Positions 25,668 to 39,829 of a DNA stretch of 64,000 nucleotides are shown here, piece by piece. The first letter of the stretch is position 1. Every line of letters starts with the position of its first letter. The DNA is from Octopus sinensis. Its lineage: Eukaryota. Location: contig NC_042997.1 in NCBI RefSeq assembly GCF_006345805.1, positions 175,832,001-175,896,000 of the forward strand. The letters run 5' to 3'. The position numbers and the translations under genes are program-made. The notes below the pieces were generated by a model. The model worked only from the letters and a program-made list of their open reading frames with translations. It was not told the origin of the DNA and searched no databases.

Positions 25668-27750
25668 TTGATCAAGGGCAAGAAGAGATGTGCAAAGCAT
25701 TTCGCGAGCACTTTACCACGTTGTTCGGAAGGAGCGGGGTGCTGGACCTTGGGGATTCCCTCCGGCATTTCCTGGCCGACGGCCCGCATCTTTCAGCACG
25801 TGACGCTGAGCGCTGTGAAGGGTCGATCACGGCCGAGTGGGGTTATAGAGGTGGTTTCCGAGTGCCCCGGGGACAAGTCGCCGGGATTGGATGGTCTACC
25901 TTATGAATTTTATAAAAGTATGCCAGACTTGTTCGAGAACGTACTGTCCAATGTGTACGCGAATTGGCAGCAGGATGGGAGAATTCCCAAATCTGTGAGC
26001 CGAAGAGTGGTGATGCTGATCAGGAAGGACCCGAGCAAGGGGAATAACATTAATAATTTTCGGCCTTTAACTCTGCTAAACACAGAGTTAAAGATTTTGG
26101 CCAAGGTGCTAGCCAAGGGAGTGAGGATTGTCGTGGGCGACCTGGTGGGAGAGGCACAGACATGTGCCATCTCAGGAAGGACGATACATGACAACCTCCA
26201 CATCATTCGCTACACCATAGAGTGGGTTGGTAAAGTTCCTGGCAAAGGTGGGGCACTGGTCAATTTAGACCAGTCTAAGGCATTCGATAGAGTCGACCAT
26301 CGGTATCTGGCGGCAGTCATCCGGGTGGTCGAATTGGGTCCGACTTTCCGAGGGTCGATCGAAACTATGTATTGCAACATCGAATGTTGTCCCGGTGAAT
26401 GGGTTCTTCTCCAACCCCTTCGCGATCGAGCGTTCGGTTCGCCAGGGCTGCCCCTGTCCCCGCTGCTGTATGTATTGGCTCTTGAGCCACTGCTGCGGAG
26501 GTTGGGGACTATGGGGGCAGACCCGCGTGATCTGTGTTACGGTAGAAATGCGACGGCATATGCGGATGATGTTACCATCATCGTGTCTGATGAAGGACAG
26601 CTACCTCGTGTAGAAGACGCCATCAAAGGATATGAAGCGGTGACAGGGGCAAAAATTAACCAGGAGAAATTAGTCAGCTTGCAACTCGGCACCTGGCGTG
26701 GAAAGTCGATGCCTCCCAACAGCATCGTCGGATGCTGGACGGAGGGCCCGGTTAAATTGCTCGGAATCCGGTTTGGACCGGATCTCCAGGTGGAGAAAAA
26801 CTGGAGTGAGGTGGCGAACAAGATGACGGCCATAACCCAGACCTGGTCTGGGAGGACGTTATCTTTGCTAGGAAGGGCCGAGGTTGGATAGGTGTTTATA
26901 GCATCGGTGATAACCTACCACCTAACCGTCGTGCCTTGCCTCGGTTTGTGGCTGACCAAGTTGGAACGGGTCCTTTTTTGCTTATTGTGAAAAGGGAAAA
27001 CGCCACTTGCGAGGCGCTCCATCTGCTGCCAAAAACGGTTAAAGGGTGGGCTGTGGATGCCTTGGTTGATGATGCACATGTACGCGCTGAGACTGAGACA
27101 TCTCTAGTGCTACCTGGATGGTGAGCAGGTGTAGTCACCGCATGCCAAGTAATTATTTCCACAACTTAGGGACTTAGGTACATGGATGAAGCAGAGACCT
27201 AGGATGGGAGAATGGCAGAGGGAGCTCAGAAAAGCACTCACTCTATTCTCTCGGGTGAGCAACACCGTCAGCGAGGTTACCACTGCAGATTTTTATAGAG
27301 GGTTCGTAGAGCATAAGTCCAACGATGTCCTGGGGGAGACTCTGGGCTTCGATGAGGAGCAACTGACCAGCCTGTTCGGAAGGACATTTGAGCCAAGGTA
27401 TCTGGATAACTTCCAGAAATCCTTGTCGCAAAGTACGTTCGGGAAAAGATGGATGTCTGTAGTAAGGAAGTTGAGAATGGATGGAGCCGTGCGAGCATAG
27501 CCGGTCAAGGCGAAAAGAAGGAAAAACCAAAAGGAGAAAATAAAAAACCGGCGGGTTAACAAAAAAAAAAAAAAACTCGGAACATTATTCTATAAATTTT
27601 TAATTGCATATAATTTTATTTCATCCTTTTATCCGAGTTTTTCGATTTTTTCCATTTCATTGCAACCAAAACCATTTTGTAAGAAAGTAAGCGTTCGTCC
27701 CTTGTAGTGTCCCCTCTATGTATACCTTTTATAGGTAAATAAAGAAATTC
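25668..27750 (+). mobile_element. L1/Tx1-clade LINE, 5'-truncated and internally deleted
   Basis: KSPGLDGLPYEFY, NFRPLTLLNTELKILAKVLA, LDQSKAFDRVDH, VRQGCP, AYADD, LSLLGRA; 3' AATAAA. Confidence 0.93.
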
Positions 27751-28620
27751 TTTGGTTTCAGACCTTTTAAGGTCTAGCCACTGACCACACAAGATACAGC
27801 CAGTTCCAGCGACAACGGCTGATGTCCAAGTTCAACACAGCACTGTTCGTGAATTACTTCACCCTGGATCAACAGCAAATATACAACCTGTGAGCCAGAC
27901 GACAACACTCGTCCAACAGCATTACGGCAATTTCTTTCTTCTTCGCTACCATCATCTTCTTAACGTCGTCAATATCATCTCTCTACGTAGACATAAACCA
28001 GCAACTCGCACAGGCTCTAACACAACACTGTTTGTGAATTACTTCACCATGATTAACAGCAAATATACAACCTGCAAGAACTCCTGTACCAAGTGACCTA
28101 GGCAGCACCATCACAGCCACAAATTCACGTACGACATGTACCTCAATCGGTTCTGCATTACAGCCACAACTTCATGTACGACATGTACTTCAACCGGCTC
28201 TGCATTGCAGCCACAACTTCACGTACGACGTACCTCAGCCGGCTCTGCATCATCGCCGTAACTTCTTGATACAGCATTTCAACTATCGTGTACAATTGAC
28301 TACGCGCTGGTATTTCTCATTCTTGTGTCTATGGACATTCTTCTAACTTCTCATTATAGACTCTTTCAATGCTCTGTACTTGACGCACACACAGTCACAT
28401 ATGTTAACATATCAAAATTCTGTATACCTGACACACACACCGTCACACAGATTAACATATCAATAAATCTCCTCTTAAACATTCTACCCGGTTGTGTCTC
28501 TCTTTTCCCTCTGGCTTGTATACGCATTTATTCTTTTTTATATTGATTGTATCGACCGTGTGATGTACTACAGGAGCCATTCTCGTCATCTCACTTCGCA
28601 CGGTCGTTACAGTATCAATC
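27751..28620 (+). mobile_element. Second, 5'-truncated copy of the 24038 LTR-like family
   Basis: Aligns with 24415-25010; contains three ~60-bp tandem units at 28105-28260. Confidence 0.75.
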
Positions 28621-28999
28621 TCACCAATAGTGCATAATCTGAGTGTCTTTTGAAATCTGGTCGTATTTCTTTATCTTCAAACAACACTTCATTATCTTCA
28701 TTTTCCTTCAAACGCACTATTGTTCTGTTAGGGTTTTTGTTGATGTTTTGAACAACCGGGAAAGCTCCTCTTCGTGCGTTTTATGCTCATTTAGTTTGAG
28801 TTCGTATTTTGCTTTTGTGTCTTTCCCACTTTCCGATATGAGCGACAGTTTGTTATCTTCTCCAGAATTTCTGTGTCAGTTCCAGTTTGCCACTCCCTCA
28901 CAGTACATGCTGGTATTGTGAGTGAGTGTGTAGCTGGAATGCCACTGAAGTATCACGTCACGTCATGTCGCATAGGGAATTTTTCCCTATGGAGAATGC

Positions 29000-30130
29000 A
29001 AACTATTGGTAATGATTCTGTTACTTGAGATTTGGTACGGGTCGGAGCTCCAAGTAGATCAGAACCGGGACGAACTTACGAGCAAATGAGCTAGTTTTAT
29101 CCAGAAATGGGCTGAGAAGGAACTATCCTTGAAAGGTCGAGCATTGGCGGAGGGCGCTTATGATACCTGTTATATTACTGCTTGATTGTTGTACTTTGCT
29201 CTGTTTATCATCTGGCCAGTCTAGAGCGTCGTCTTTCGCTTCTTGTAGAAGGAATGTGTTCCACTTGTCGCGTGGTGCTCTAAACTGGGAGCACAGTATA
29301 CTGTAGATGCTAATGCATAGACATGCACTGAGGCAGTGGCATCTACAAAGATTTTTAGACGGTGAGTAAGTGTGGTTGTCCTTTGTCAAGCACGTCTTCT
29401 CACAGCTCATTTCTTTAACAGAGCTGCAGTCCGAAGTCAAATGAAGAGCAAGACAGGGCATCTGAAATATTGTCAGGTGCTCACAGACCTCCACCAGTTC
29501 GGCAATGCTATTAGTGGAACTTCGATGTCGTTCTACTGAGGACTAATGGTGAGAAAGCTTGACAACATTCTCATAGAAACTCAAGGCATTGACGAGTCAA
29601 CGAGTAATAACTGGCTGACCTATTCTGTAGAATTTGCAGAAATTCTTGTCTTGCTTGTGCTACCGGGGGTCCTTTATGGTTCGAGAGAAACTCTTCAAGA
29701 ACGGAAATGCCATCAGCTGGATCTGTACACGATGCGCGTACAAACGGTTCTGTACGAATTCGATCAGTGTCTAAGCATTAGTGACATGTGGAACACTGTC
29801 GAACAGTTGTTGTAGCGAGTAGAACGGATCCGGCTTTCAACCGAATCAACGGTAAAAATCTCCTCTCCGCTTTTGTTTGGTCGAGAAGGGCAGGCAATTT
29901 TCTTCTTCTAGTAGTAATGGCGAAAGACATTGTGTGATTGTGGTGACTGAAAAGACGACAGAAACTTAATCTTAGGCCAACCCTCATCAACTTTTCAAGT
30001 TTCGCTTGAAAAGGAAGGAGAGGATAGAGAGGGAGATGTTGCTAACCCCAGTAAATTCTTTGAAAGATGAGCGAACGTAGTGAATATGGCACGTGTATCT
30101 ATAGGCCAAGAAGCAAAATGTGAAAGATAG
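29000..30130 (+). pseudogene. Highly decayed Tx1 ORF2 C-terminal fragment
   Basis: IWYGSELQVDQNRDEL..KWAEKELSLKGRA aligns with IRFGPDLQVEKNWSEV..TWSGRTLSLLGRA of the 25668 element. Confidence 0.7.
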
Positions 30131-30412
30131 CATTTGCTTTTGTAGTCAAGATCTTTGAGCTTTTGTGAGGTTTCTTTGATTGACGCTAAGCAACTATCCC
30201 ACTTATTGTTTTGTGACCACTTTTCCTTCTTGTTTAGGGGCCTGATGCTATCTGACGCTATTCACCTCTCTTTTATCTTTTTCGCTTAGAAAATCATGTT
30301 GGCCAGTAAAGTCCTTGATATATATAAAGATAGGATGATTAAAACTGGACCAACTTTTACTATAAGCCTTCTCAATAAAGGCCGATCTGATGGTAAACAA
30401 AATTGACAACAA

Positions 30413-30454
<42 letters not shown>

Positions 30455-31424
30455 CGATAAGTGAAAAAGTTTAAGGTTTCTGTTTTGAAACTTTAACAAC
30501 TGCACAGACTTTATTTTATGGGCTCAGTCAGTATGTACGTTTATTTAGTCAATAACTATAGTTATTAGGTTATTTTTCTACGAATTTTCTTAAGCATCCA
30601 AAATTGTAAAGCAATTGTTCTCTGACAAAGCTTTTTATATTTTCGAATGCAGTTATTATTTCATTGTTTCGCTATATTTGACAATATTTGTATGGATTCT
30701 ACCACAGAAACCGGACAAAAGAATTTCCCACGCATTCCCATCCTATATTCATCCATAACTGGTACTGCTAACTTTAGTATAATGATCTGGTCGGAAATTA
30801 TGAGTAGCTTCCTGCACTTTTTCACCCCGCATGGCGGTCAAGTGTCTTGTTTATTTTTTATGATAATTGGTGCAAGTTAATAGCAGAGCCTCCCCACTGA
30901 ATAATAACAACAGCAACAATCTATTAGCAAAGCCGCTGAGGGCTTAGTTTATAGGATATCGTATTTTGTTACCGAAGTTCAGACAATTCTAGCTGTTCAA
31001 AAACATAAATTGCTTAGATGAATTACTCTCGTTTCGTATCTACTGATACGAAACATGAATTGGCTCGAATTCTCCAGTATAAAAGCGAGAACACTATATA
31101 ATAATTGATTCTTGAAATGCTGAAGTCACAGTCTCTGCTTTTCCATTTATGGTTGGTTCTGGGGAAGGACAGGTGAGAAGAAGCTGCTTTGGTATTCAGT
31201 TTCAGACTAGAGGCTCTAATCATTTCAACCAGCTTTTGTATTGAATCTAGATTCTAGTTCTGACTGCCAGCTGCGTATGGTCATAGCTGATGTTCAATAC
31301 TTCGTCTAACGATAGTTGCTAGTTTGTAACAGATCACTTTCTGGATAGGATCTCAGAGTTTTTGTCGCAAATCGAATCCACGTTTCACTAATATTATCTT
31401 GTATAATAAAAGAGTGTTTGTATG

Positions 31425-31455
<31 letters not shown>

Positions 31456-31462
31456 TGTGTGT

Positions 31463-31496
<34 letters not shown>

Positions 31497-33373
31497 CCTT
31501 ATGGATTCGAAAACTGAGTTACTGATTTTGACGTATGAGGTATCGAAAGGTTCAATAATCTTTCGGCTACCAAACAAAGTATGTTTTTGCACAATTCTTT
31601 TTTACTACAAAAATAACCTCGAAAACGAGGCCGGATCACATGATTTTGAGGTCTTTAACTAATGGAGGCAACCCTACCTGTACAATATTTATATCTTAGA
31701 GTATAATTAGAAAAGTTTAAAATACATGGAGTTTTACCAGGGAATGAAACTTCGAAGATATACCATCAGCTTTATTATAATTTAGTTGATAATATTTTAA
31801 CGTGAAGTATGTCTGTCTGAGTTTTGTTTAACCCAAAGTTGCCTCTGATATAGCAGACACATCGCATACTTATTTTTTCTTCCTGAAATACTGTAAATCC
31901 GTGTCTTTTTATGAAAGAGAGTGTTTTAAGAGAGATTTGGCTGCCTTTTGTTGTAGGTCAAGTTATCACAGAGGCACCTGTGTGTGTGTGTTTTGTTGTG
32001 GTGGAAAAAGTACTTTTTCTCAGTATATTTTGCACAATAATTTTTAAAGAAAGCTGGACATCTTTCTTACTGCTAAACCATTCAAGTTCAAATTACAATT
32101 GTTAACCGTTCGAAGTTATGTAGACTGAGATGTACATATAGCGTTATCATATAGAGTGGAAGTTCAATTACCCTAAATTTGAAGCCATTAAGTCTTTAAA
32201 CATTATTTTACTGGGTTTAGTCATTCGACTGTCGCCATGATGGGGGCATCACCTTTTAAAATTTAATTGATCATACTGACCTCAGTATGTATTTCAATCT
32301 GGCATTTTTTTATAGATCTCTGCTTGATGAACTTTGAGACATAGTGGAACACAGTACTCGATTTAACAACAAACGTAAACACACACACACACACACAAAC
32401 ATATTAGGTGCAAGAATCACTGTGTGTTTGGAAAATTTGTTTCCCAACCGCATGGTTTCACGTTCAGTCCCTCAGCATGGTACCTTGGGCAAATGTTTTC
32501 TACTATATCCATAGAAAAATGACCAAAAAACATGTTTATAAGGAAGAGTTGCTTGCTTCATATTCCTCATGTGTCGATTCTTCCCATTAGAAAGTAACAA
32601 ATAATACAATGCGGTTGAGGGTCATAGCACCCGGGCAACGCCGGGGTGCATTGTTAGTATTTGATAATACTTGCAGCTAGCAACGGATACCTATGCATGT
32701 TGATCAACATGGTTGCTGGCTTGTATTCCAGCCATTCACTTTAGATAGCTGATATAAGCGATGTAGGCACAGGTTAAAATAAAGGTCACCTAGTTTAAGT
32801 GTCTAAATCCTGAGAGAACCTTATGGAAGTTTTATGTATGGCTATCTAAACCTCCCATTTTCGAATCGCACGGGAGTAATCTTGTTTACCGTTAAACTCT
32901 CTGTGTTACCCGCGATGCACAATATGACATCTCATTTTTCTCTTTCTGATCAGATATGCTCATAGGTATTCCAGTCATGACCACCCAAATAGTCTATTCT
33001 GGCCAGCATTTTTCAATATGTCCTTTTAAAAGATGGTTGGGTGTAGTGATGGATTGTAGATAAAATTAGTGGGGTGTGCTGCTTCAGAATTTTTTAAGCC
33101 GTTGTTTTAATATTGTGTAAAAGGAAACAAACATATAAAAATAAAATTTAGACATAAATTTGATCGGTTGGCGTTTTAGCCACTGCCGGGTAATGTGTTT
33201 AATTTGTTCACTGAGTAACCCCGCGAATTCCCCCTTGCTTTTCAACTCCTCCCACCAAAAAAAAAAAAAAAAGAAATCACAAAATAAGGGGGAAAAGCTG
33301 CCCTATTTTTCAAATCCTGGTAGCAACCTGTAGCTGGAAGCAGGATAATAATCTAATTCTATACTTTATCACA

Positions 33374-34460
33374 TCTCTATATATTTAAAAGGCAGTTTGT
33401 GTGTCTGTCTATGTGTCTGTCAGGTTGTACCCTCACCCTGACCACGGCTTTCAACCGATTCTGATGAAACTTGACACACACATAGCCCAATGTCAGAATT
33501 CAAAACTAACGCAGCGAAAATTCTGAAAAGTTCCCCCAGTTCTGAAAAAATCAATAAATTCGACATGGGGTCGAGAATCTAAGCTTATCATATGCAACAC
33601 ATTTTCCGTTGTAGTTTTCGCAACTTGCAATCGATTTTCACCAAAGTCATGGTGAAGCTTAATATTACCCTAAGGAACTTAATTCTGACGTTAGTTTTCC
33701 ATGCAATACCTTACCATCAGAAAAAAATCGATAAAATTATGCCATTTTGGGAAATCGCGTTCAAATTCAAGGTGACATATTTTCGACAATATCTTTAACA
33801 AATTGGCAGGAATTTTTTTTGAAATTCACAGCGAGCATCATGTCTGCTCCAAGGAGCTAATGGCCCTTTTGATTCCAATAGGGCCATTACGTTATTACTG
33901 GAAAAAATCGGTTAATTACATCATATGTGGCACACAGAGCAAACCGATTTTCCTGCAATATTTTTTGAAAGTTCACATAGATTTTTCCCTACACCGATGT
34001 TGGACATCAAGTTTGCATTAAATGTCAAACTAACGACCTTTTGTCAATGCAGTTAACAAGTATTGGGAGGAGCCCCCTTTCGCTAGATTTAAGTTAGGAT
34101 TAGATAGAGCTTAGCTGTGGTCCGAACACAACTTGGGTTCGGGGGGCGGTGTCAAAAGGGCCGGCATGTGCAACCTTATCACCTCTGCCTGTCAAACTCC
34201 CAACCCATGCGTTCCCGTCGCGACACCGATCCCGCAGAACTGGGTTGGGTGTGCTAAACAAAACCAGAAAATGCACTTTGACTGTCACAGATTTTCTTCA
34301 TGCATGCAAGGGAACGGTGCCTTGAATGCCTTAATGCCTTTTAGGCTTCATTTTACAAAATAACGGTTCAATGAGTTCAAAAAAAGGGTAAAAAGGTAAA
34401 GGGCATTGCTTATCGACAAAGTTTCTTACATACCCGGGCAACGCCGGGCTATGCTGCCAG
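33374..34460 (+). mobile_element. Non-autonomous Helitron
   Basis: A|TCTCTATATATTTAAAA start; 3' hairpin CCCGGGCAACGCCGGG followed by CCAG|T. Confidence 0.75.
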
Positions 34461-34781
34461 TTTAAGAATATAAACACGTTTTTAAGCACAACATACATGA
34501 AGCCAAAAAGACGCACTACTTTTCACCAGCGCACCAGGGTCAGCACTATTGTGCTATGCAAGCACTACAATAACGCGATGCAGAGTTGTTGGTTGTCTAT
34601 TCAACTGCCGTCTGTGAAGCGCACAGTTCTATACAAGGATTTTTGTATTTTTTTCATAAACTAGGGGATGGCTACTGACATTAAGCTTAAGGATTATAAA
34701 ATGTGCAAGTATAAAGAAGGAATTAAACGGAAAAAAATTACTCACTATATTGAATGTTATCGATATAATCGAGTGGAAATA

Positions 34782-35159
34782 GGTACTGCTTAAGAAGAGT
34801 GCTCCCGGTGCGCGCACTCGCGCATCCGCGCTAGCTAGTCGTGACTAGTCGATCCTTACTTTGTGCTTTTGCGTTTTATTTACTTTGTTTTAAAAAATTA
34901 TTTATTTTGTGTTTTTGTGTTTTATTTACTTTGTTTAAAAAAAATATTTACTTTGTGTAAAAAAATGATTTATTTTGTGTTTTTGTGTTTTATTTACTTT
35001 GTGTAAAAAAAATATTTACTTTGTGTAAAAAAATGATTTATTTTGTGTTTTATTTACTTTGCTAGGAAGTAGTTGTAAGATCGACTAGTCACGACTAGCT
35101 AGCGCGGATGCGCGAGTACGCGAGTGCGCGCACCGGGACCACTCTTCTTAAGTAGTACC
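34782..35159. mobile_element. Merlin-like MITE (family B) with long GC-rich TIRs
   Basis: ~75-bp TIRs starting GGTACT; 9-bp TSD GTGGAAATA/ATGGAAATA; AT-rich internal tandem repeats. Confidence 0.8.
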
Positions 35160-36024
35160 ATGGAAATAGGAGGTGCTGCAGTTCTGCAGCGCCTATACAC
35201 GAACTGCCACTGGATGGGTGAAATGTGAAGGCTTCATATCACATACTACCACCTTTAAAACTGGACGGACACGTAAGTTAATGTAACTGTAGGAAGAATA
35301 TTCAGCATTGACCTGAGTGTCACGATTCGCTGGAATGTTACTCTCGTGATCAGCGAATATGACCAATTGCAATTTCACCTGGAAAGAATATTGTGAAGTT
35401 ATCGACGGGATATGGCCAATCACGTCTTCACGCAGAATAATGTTCCAGCGACTAATCTCTCTTTCGCACCTTCCTTTCTGAACTTCTCAATAAATATAAA
35501 ATGTCACACACATATGCCACCAAGGCTGAGAGAGCTTTGAGAGAAAGTAGAGAGCCTTCGGTTGTAGCAGAGACGTCGTGGTGAATAGACACGGAAAGCG
35601 GCTGAGTCGAGCTAATATCACCAGGACGAACTACTGATACCAACACTATTTCTGTTTCTATAACAAATTAACTCTCTCAACAGCTGTTGTAACACTCTTT
35701 CAGTTACACAATTACATTACTATCTAACGCTCTCGCAAGAAATAAGGCTGTTCATAAAAAGCAACCGATTTCGTCATTTTCTTCTATATACAATTGTTGA
35801 CCTCTGACGCTAGAAATAACAGCCAGCAGCCAACAGCTAACAGCTGGCTCCCAATATCAGCGGTCAGATACAACTCCATGCAGTTAGTAAATCAGCTTCA
35901 ACTACCAGAGGTACTCAACATTCTATAATTTCATAATCGTAGGTGCATTATGCTTAAAAAGTGAAAAAAGACAGGATGGTCATAGCTGCAAACAGGTTTT
36001 GATCAGAGGTCTGCTGGATCAGGG

Positions 36025-39000
36025 CAGTGGCGTACCCACTACAAGTGCCGCCCCGGGGCGGCTGTTTATTTGGCCGCCCCTTTAGAGTTCTAATAACACT
36101 TCAAAAGGCCCCCCCCCCGAAAAATACAGGTATATATGTATGCAAAATACGAAGGCAAACTAGCAACCATTTAGCTCCTTCGAATTTACTTTTATTATGT
36201 TTCTACACAAAAAATAATAGGAAAAATATGTTAAAGAACAGCAGATGAGTGAATTACAAAAATAAACGATTTACAATTTGATTTTACGTGCCTACTTCTT
36301 CGCAAAATCTTAAATGACTTCATCAAAATTAATTTTATCTGCAAGGTCGCGCTCTATGGATAGTATTGCCAAATCAGTCAACCTTGTTTGACTTACTGTT
36401 GATCTGGGGTGGTTCTTGAGCTTTAGCTTAGAAAAGGACTGTTCGCAGCTAGCAACACTAATGGCACGAGTTAGGAATACTCTTAAAAGTATTACAATAT
36501 TTGGCAATGAATCAATAAGATTATGTTTCTAAATAAACTGAATAACTTGCAAAGGCCCTTCCATACCTTCAGCGGCAGCAGCCACCAAATAATTTTGCAG
36601 TCTTGCCTTCTCAACCAGAAAATCTTCTCTCTTAATATTCTCATCAAAAGCATCTACATCACAATTACACTCTTTATCTAACAAAGTGGACGCTGTGAGA
36701 AAGGTGTATTTCTTTGCAATATCGTGAAGTCTTTCGAATATAAATAGAGAATACCAAACTCATTCCCTATGGATACCGTATTTATTACAACGAGTGGCTT
36801 GTAATAAATACGGTATCCATAGGGAATGAGTTTGGTATTTTATTTATTACACACGAATAAACAACCATATTTTATTAACCCAATAACTAAATTCTTCACA
36901 TCGTGTTGAAGCGCGCATAAATACAGCTTGATTTCACGTCAGTGACGTCACAATGTGTAACTGTAAAAGATGTCATGCCGCAGGAAGATAGTCCGACTTT
37001 ATAGCGCTAAGTTAGATCTAGGGTTCGATGACAATCCACTCGTCGATGACACTGTTTCAGGTAACTTTGTTAACCTGTATCCAGCAACATGTCGAACTTG
37101 GCCAGTATTGATCTTAACTTTGAACATTCTGTATGTTCCAAGAGGTTGAACAACGGATAACACTCTTCCCCCATCTTTACCATCAATCTTAACAAAATCA
37201 TTCACCTTGATATCGACGAGCAGACGAAATATGTTGTGATTTTTTTTGGCAACAAAAAATTGAATTACCACCAGAAATGTTTATATTTTATGTGTATATG
37301 ACTTTAAGTGATATCTGGTATAAAAAAGATAGTATGTTTGTTTAATTACTAGATTCTACCTGCTCGTGAAAGTAATGAATGAAGTTTAGTTGTAACTTAT
37401 GAATGACAAAAGTAGTGCCGTCACCGTGACCTCGGGTCATCACCATGGATTGACCAATCAGAAGCAGCGCTCGCAGTATCTGACATATGTTAGATACCAA
37501 AAATATCTCAAAGTGTTCTCACTCACATGTGTGTAATAAAGGTTATTTCTTCAACCAGTCTATCACTGACAACATTTCTTTGTTCAGCGTCGCAGCTGAG
37601 AGCGGCATCAATACTTTCTTCGTAGCTCATTCTTATCTTTTTGTGAATTCAACGCTCTGTGCTGATTCCCATATCAGAGTGAGTTTCGGTTGATTAGGTC
37701 AACGCGTTATCTACTGTTTCGCCTCTACTTACAAATAGAGAAGTTTCCAAGGCTGATAGTTTAATGGCACATTTTTGCAACTCCAGACCTTTCGTTTGGA
37801 GGTACTTTTGAGTGTCATTAATTTCAGGAAGTATATCTCTCCAAAGGCCAAAAAGGACAAGAAAGAATTAAACCTGCATCAGATCTCGTAGTTGCGTTTT
37901 CTTCATCTTCCATCAACCGTTCTAGCGCAGCGATGATTTCCGTGAATTTTGTATGTACAACTGTCGCTGCATGTGCTCGACTACTCCATCTTGTTTCCCC
38001 AGCCCGTTTGATAGTTGCACCAGTTATCTCAATCAAGATATCCCATCGATAAGTTGAAGCTGAGAAGAATGAAAATAAACGGTCCAATGTGCCAAAGAAC
38101 GTAACTGAATCTGCACCTACTGAAGCTGCATGCACAGCTGCTAAATTCAGAGAATGATGAGTGCATGTCACAAAAACAATATTTGGATTAACTTCTGTGA
38201 TGCGCGCTTGAACACTGGATCAATGACCTGCCATTACCGCCGCGTTATCAAATGCTTGTACACGACAATCTTAAATGTTAATGTCCATTTCTAATTGTTT
38301 CAGAATCATTGATGTAATTTGCTCAGCATTTTTGCCTTTCATCTCAATAAAACGAAGAAAGGATTCTTCTACTTTTACTTCCTTTCCATCTATTTTAACA
38401 CAACGAGGCACCTGGCAAATTTGATCAATATGAGAAAAGTCTGGAGTACTATAAAAAATATTGCTGTAGTATTTGCTCTGTTTCACTTCATCGATGATTT
38501 TCTTTCTCACTTGATCTCCCAGGATATTCACAAATTCATTCTGAATTTTTGGTGAGAGAGATAGGAAGTTGTAAACTTATCAACTTTTACGTTCATGTAG
38601 CACTGGGTCGAATTTTCCAATCAGTTGAACAAGCTCCAGAAAATTTCCTTTATTTTTATTTGCCTTCTCAACTCGAATGTCTTCTCTATGACCTCGTAAA
38701 GCTAGTTTTTGCTAAGCAAGAAACATAATTATGTCCAAGAATCTAGTCAGGATTTGCTTCCATTTCTTTGTTTCATTTTCAACAAGAGTTTGTTGTTCTT
38801 TGTCTATTACCTTGCCTTTGGAAAGGCGAATTTCTAGCTCTTTCCACTGAGTGAACGCATTCTCATGCACAGGGCAAGATTCATGTTCTTGTATCTTGGG
38901 ATTCAACTTTCACCAAGATTTGAAACCATCAACTGAGCAAAACTTTGAGTTTTCACTTGAAAATAGCTTACAACAAAAACAAAACACGACTTGTTTCGAT

Positions 39001-39829
39001 GGAGAGTATATCATCCAAGTTCTCAAGATTTTACCCCGTTTTGTAAAGTTAAAAAAAAAAACAAACTAGTTCTTAACAGTCTTCTAATCTTCTCTTTCAG
39101 TTTTGTTTTTTGTCCTGGACGTACAACTTCTTTGAATTCACAGTTAATATTTTGCCAAGCCTTCGATCCTTGTTGTACAAGGATTTCCCGAATACCGTCA
39201 TCGTAATTAAACTTAGCAGGCCACATCCCAGTGTCTTTCAAATTAATATTAGAGTTTTGTTATTCAGTAGTTTGTGGTGGATCAACATCCTCAACTTCAT
39301 CTTCTATCTTCTTTTCAAATTGCACTTCATTAACAACATCATCTCCACGACCTTCTACAGTAATACCAGTTTCATCTGGACGGTCGGGTCTGATGAGAAA
39401 TTTTATTATGGTACCTTCATTTCGCCTTTCTTTTTCTCTCGTTTTTTTTTCCCCGAAATGTTGCACCGCTGTCCTTAATTCGCTTCATCTCAAATTATAT
39501 CAGTGATATCGTAAATTTATATGAATAAAACCAAATAGAGTATAGACCAAGCTAAAAAATAATCAACTTTCTGAATATTATCGACACACTGTCTTATCCG
39601 GTAACACGCAATATTACTGTATTAACAATATTATACTGTATATTACACAATATTACACAATACAAGTTTACAAATGACAAATTAAAATTTTAAGGAAATT
39701 TCAATTGCTACTATACATTATTAAAGTCTATAATATTTATATTGCATTTTTATTAATGATATATAAATACAAATAAATTGTGCCGCCCGGGGCAGACCAC
39801 CCTCCCCGCCCCCTCTTGGTACGCCACTG
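36025..39829 (-). mobile_element. hAT DNA transposon (ZMYM1-like transposase, inactivated)
   Basis: TIR CAGTGGCGTACC/GGTACGCCACTG; perfect 8-bp TSD GATCAGGG; STPDFSHIDQ, CTHHSLNLA, ETRWSSR and ASCEQSFSKLK...LAILSIE motifs; stops and frameshifts. Confidence 0.95.
36741..37520. mobile_element. Unclassified insertion in hAT (possible Crypton-type non-autonomous element)
   Basis: Interrupts the transposase frame; terminal 41-bp-arm hairpin; TTTATTACAC / GTGTAATAAA motifs at both ends; 90-aa minus-strand ORF 36999-37271. Confidence 0.45.

Noticed and set aside
28105-28260. CRISPR-like array
   Set aside because: Plain tandem repeats without unique spacers; eukaryotic context; same for 732-870 and 10910-10985
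28643-28921. Minus-strand coding exon
   Set aside because: Stops in the candidate frames and no recognisable motif; probably a decayed TE
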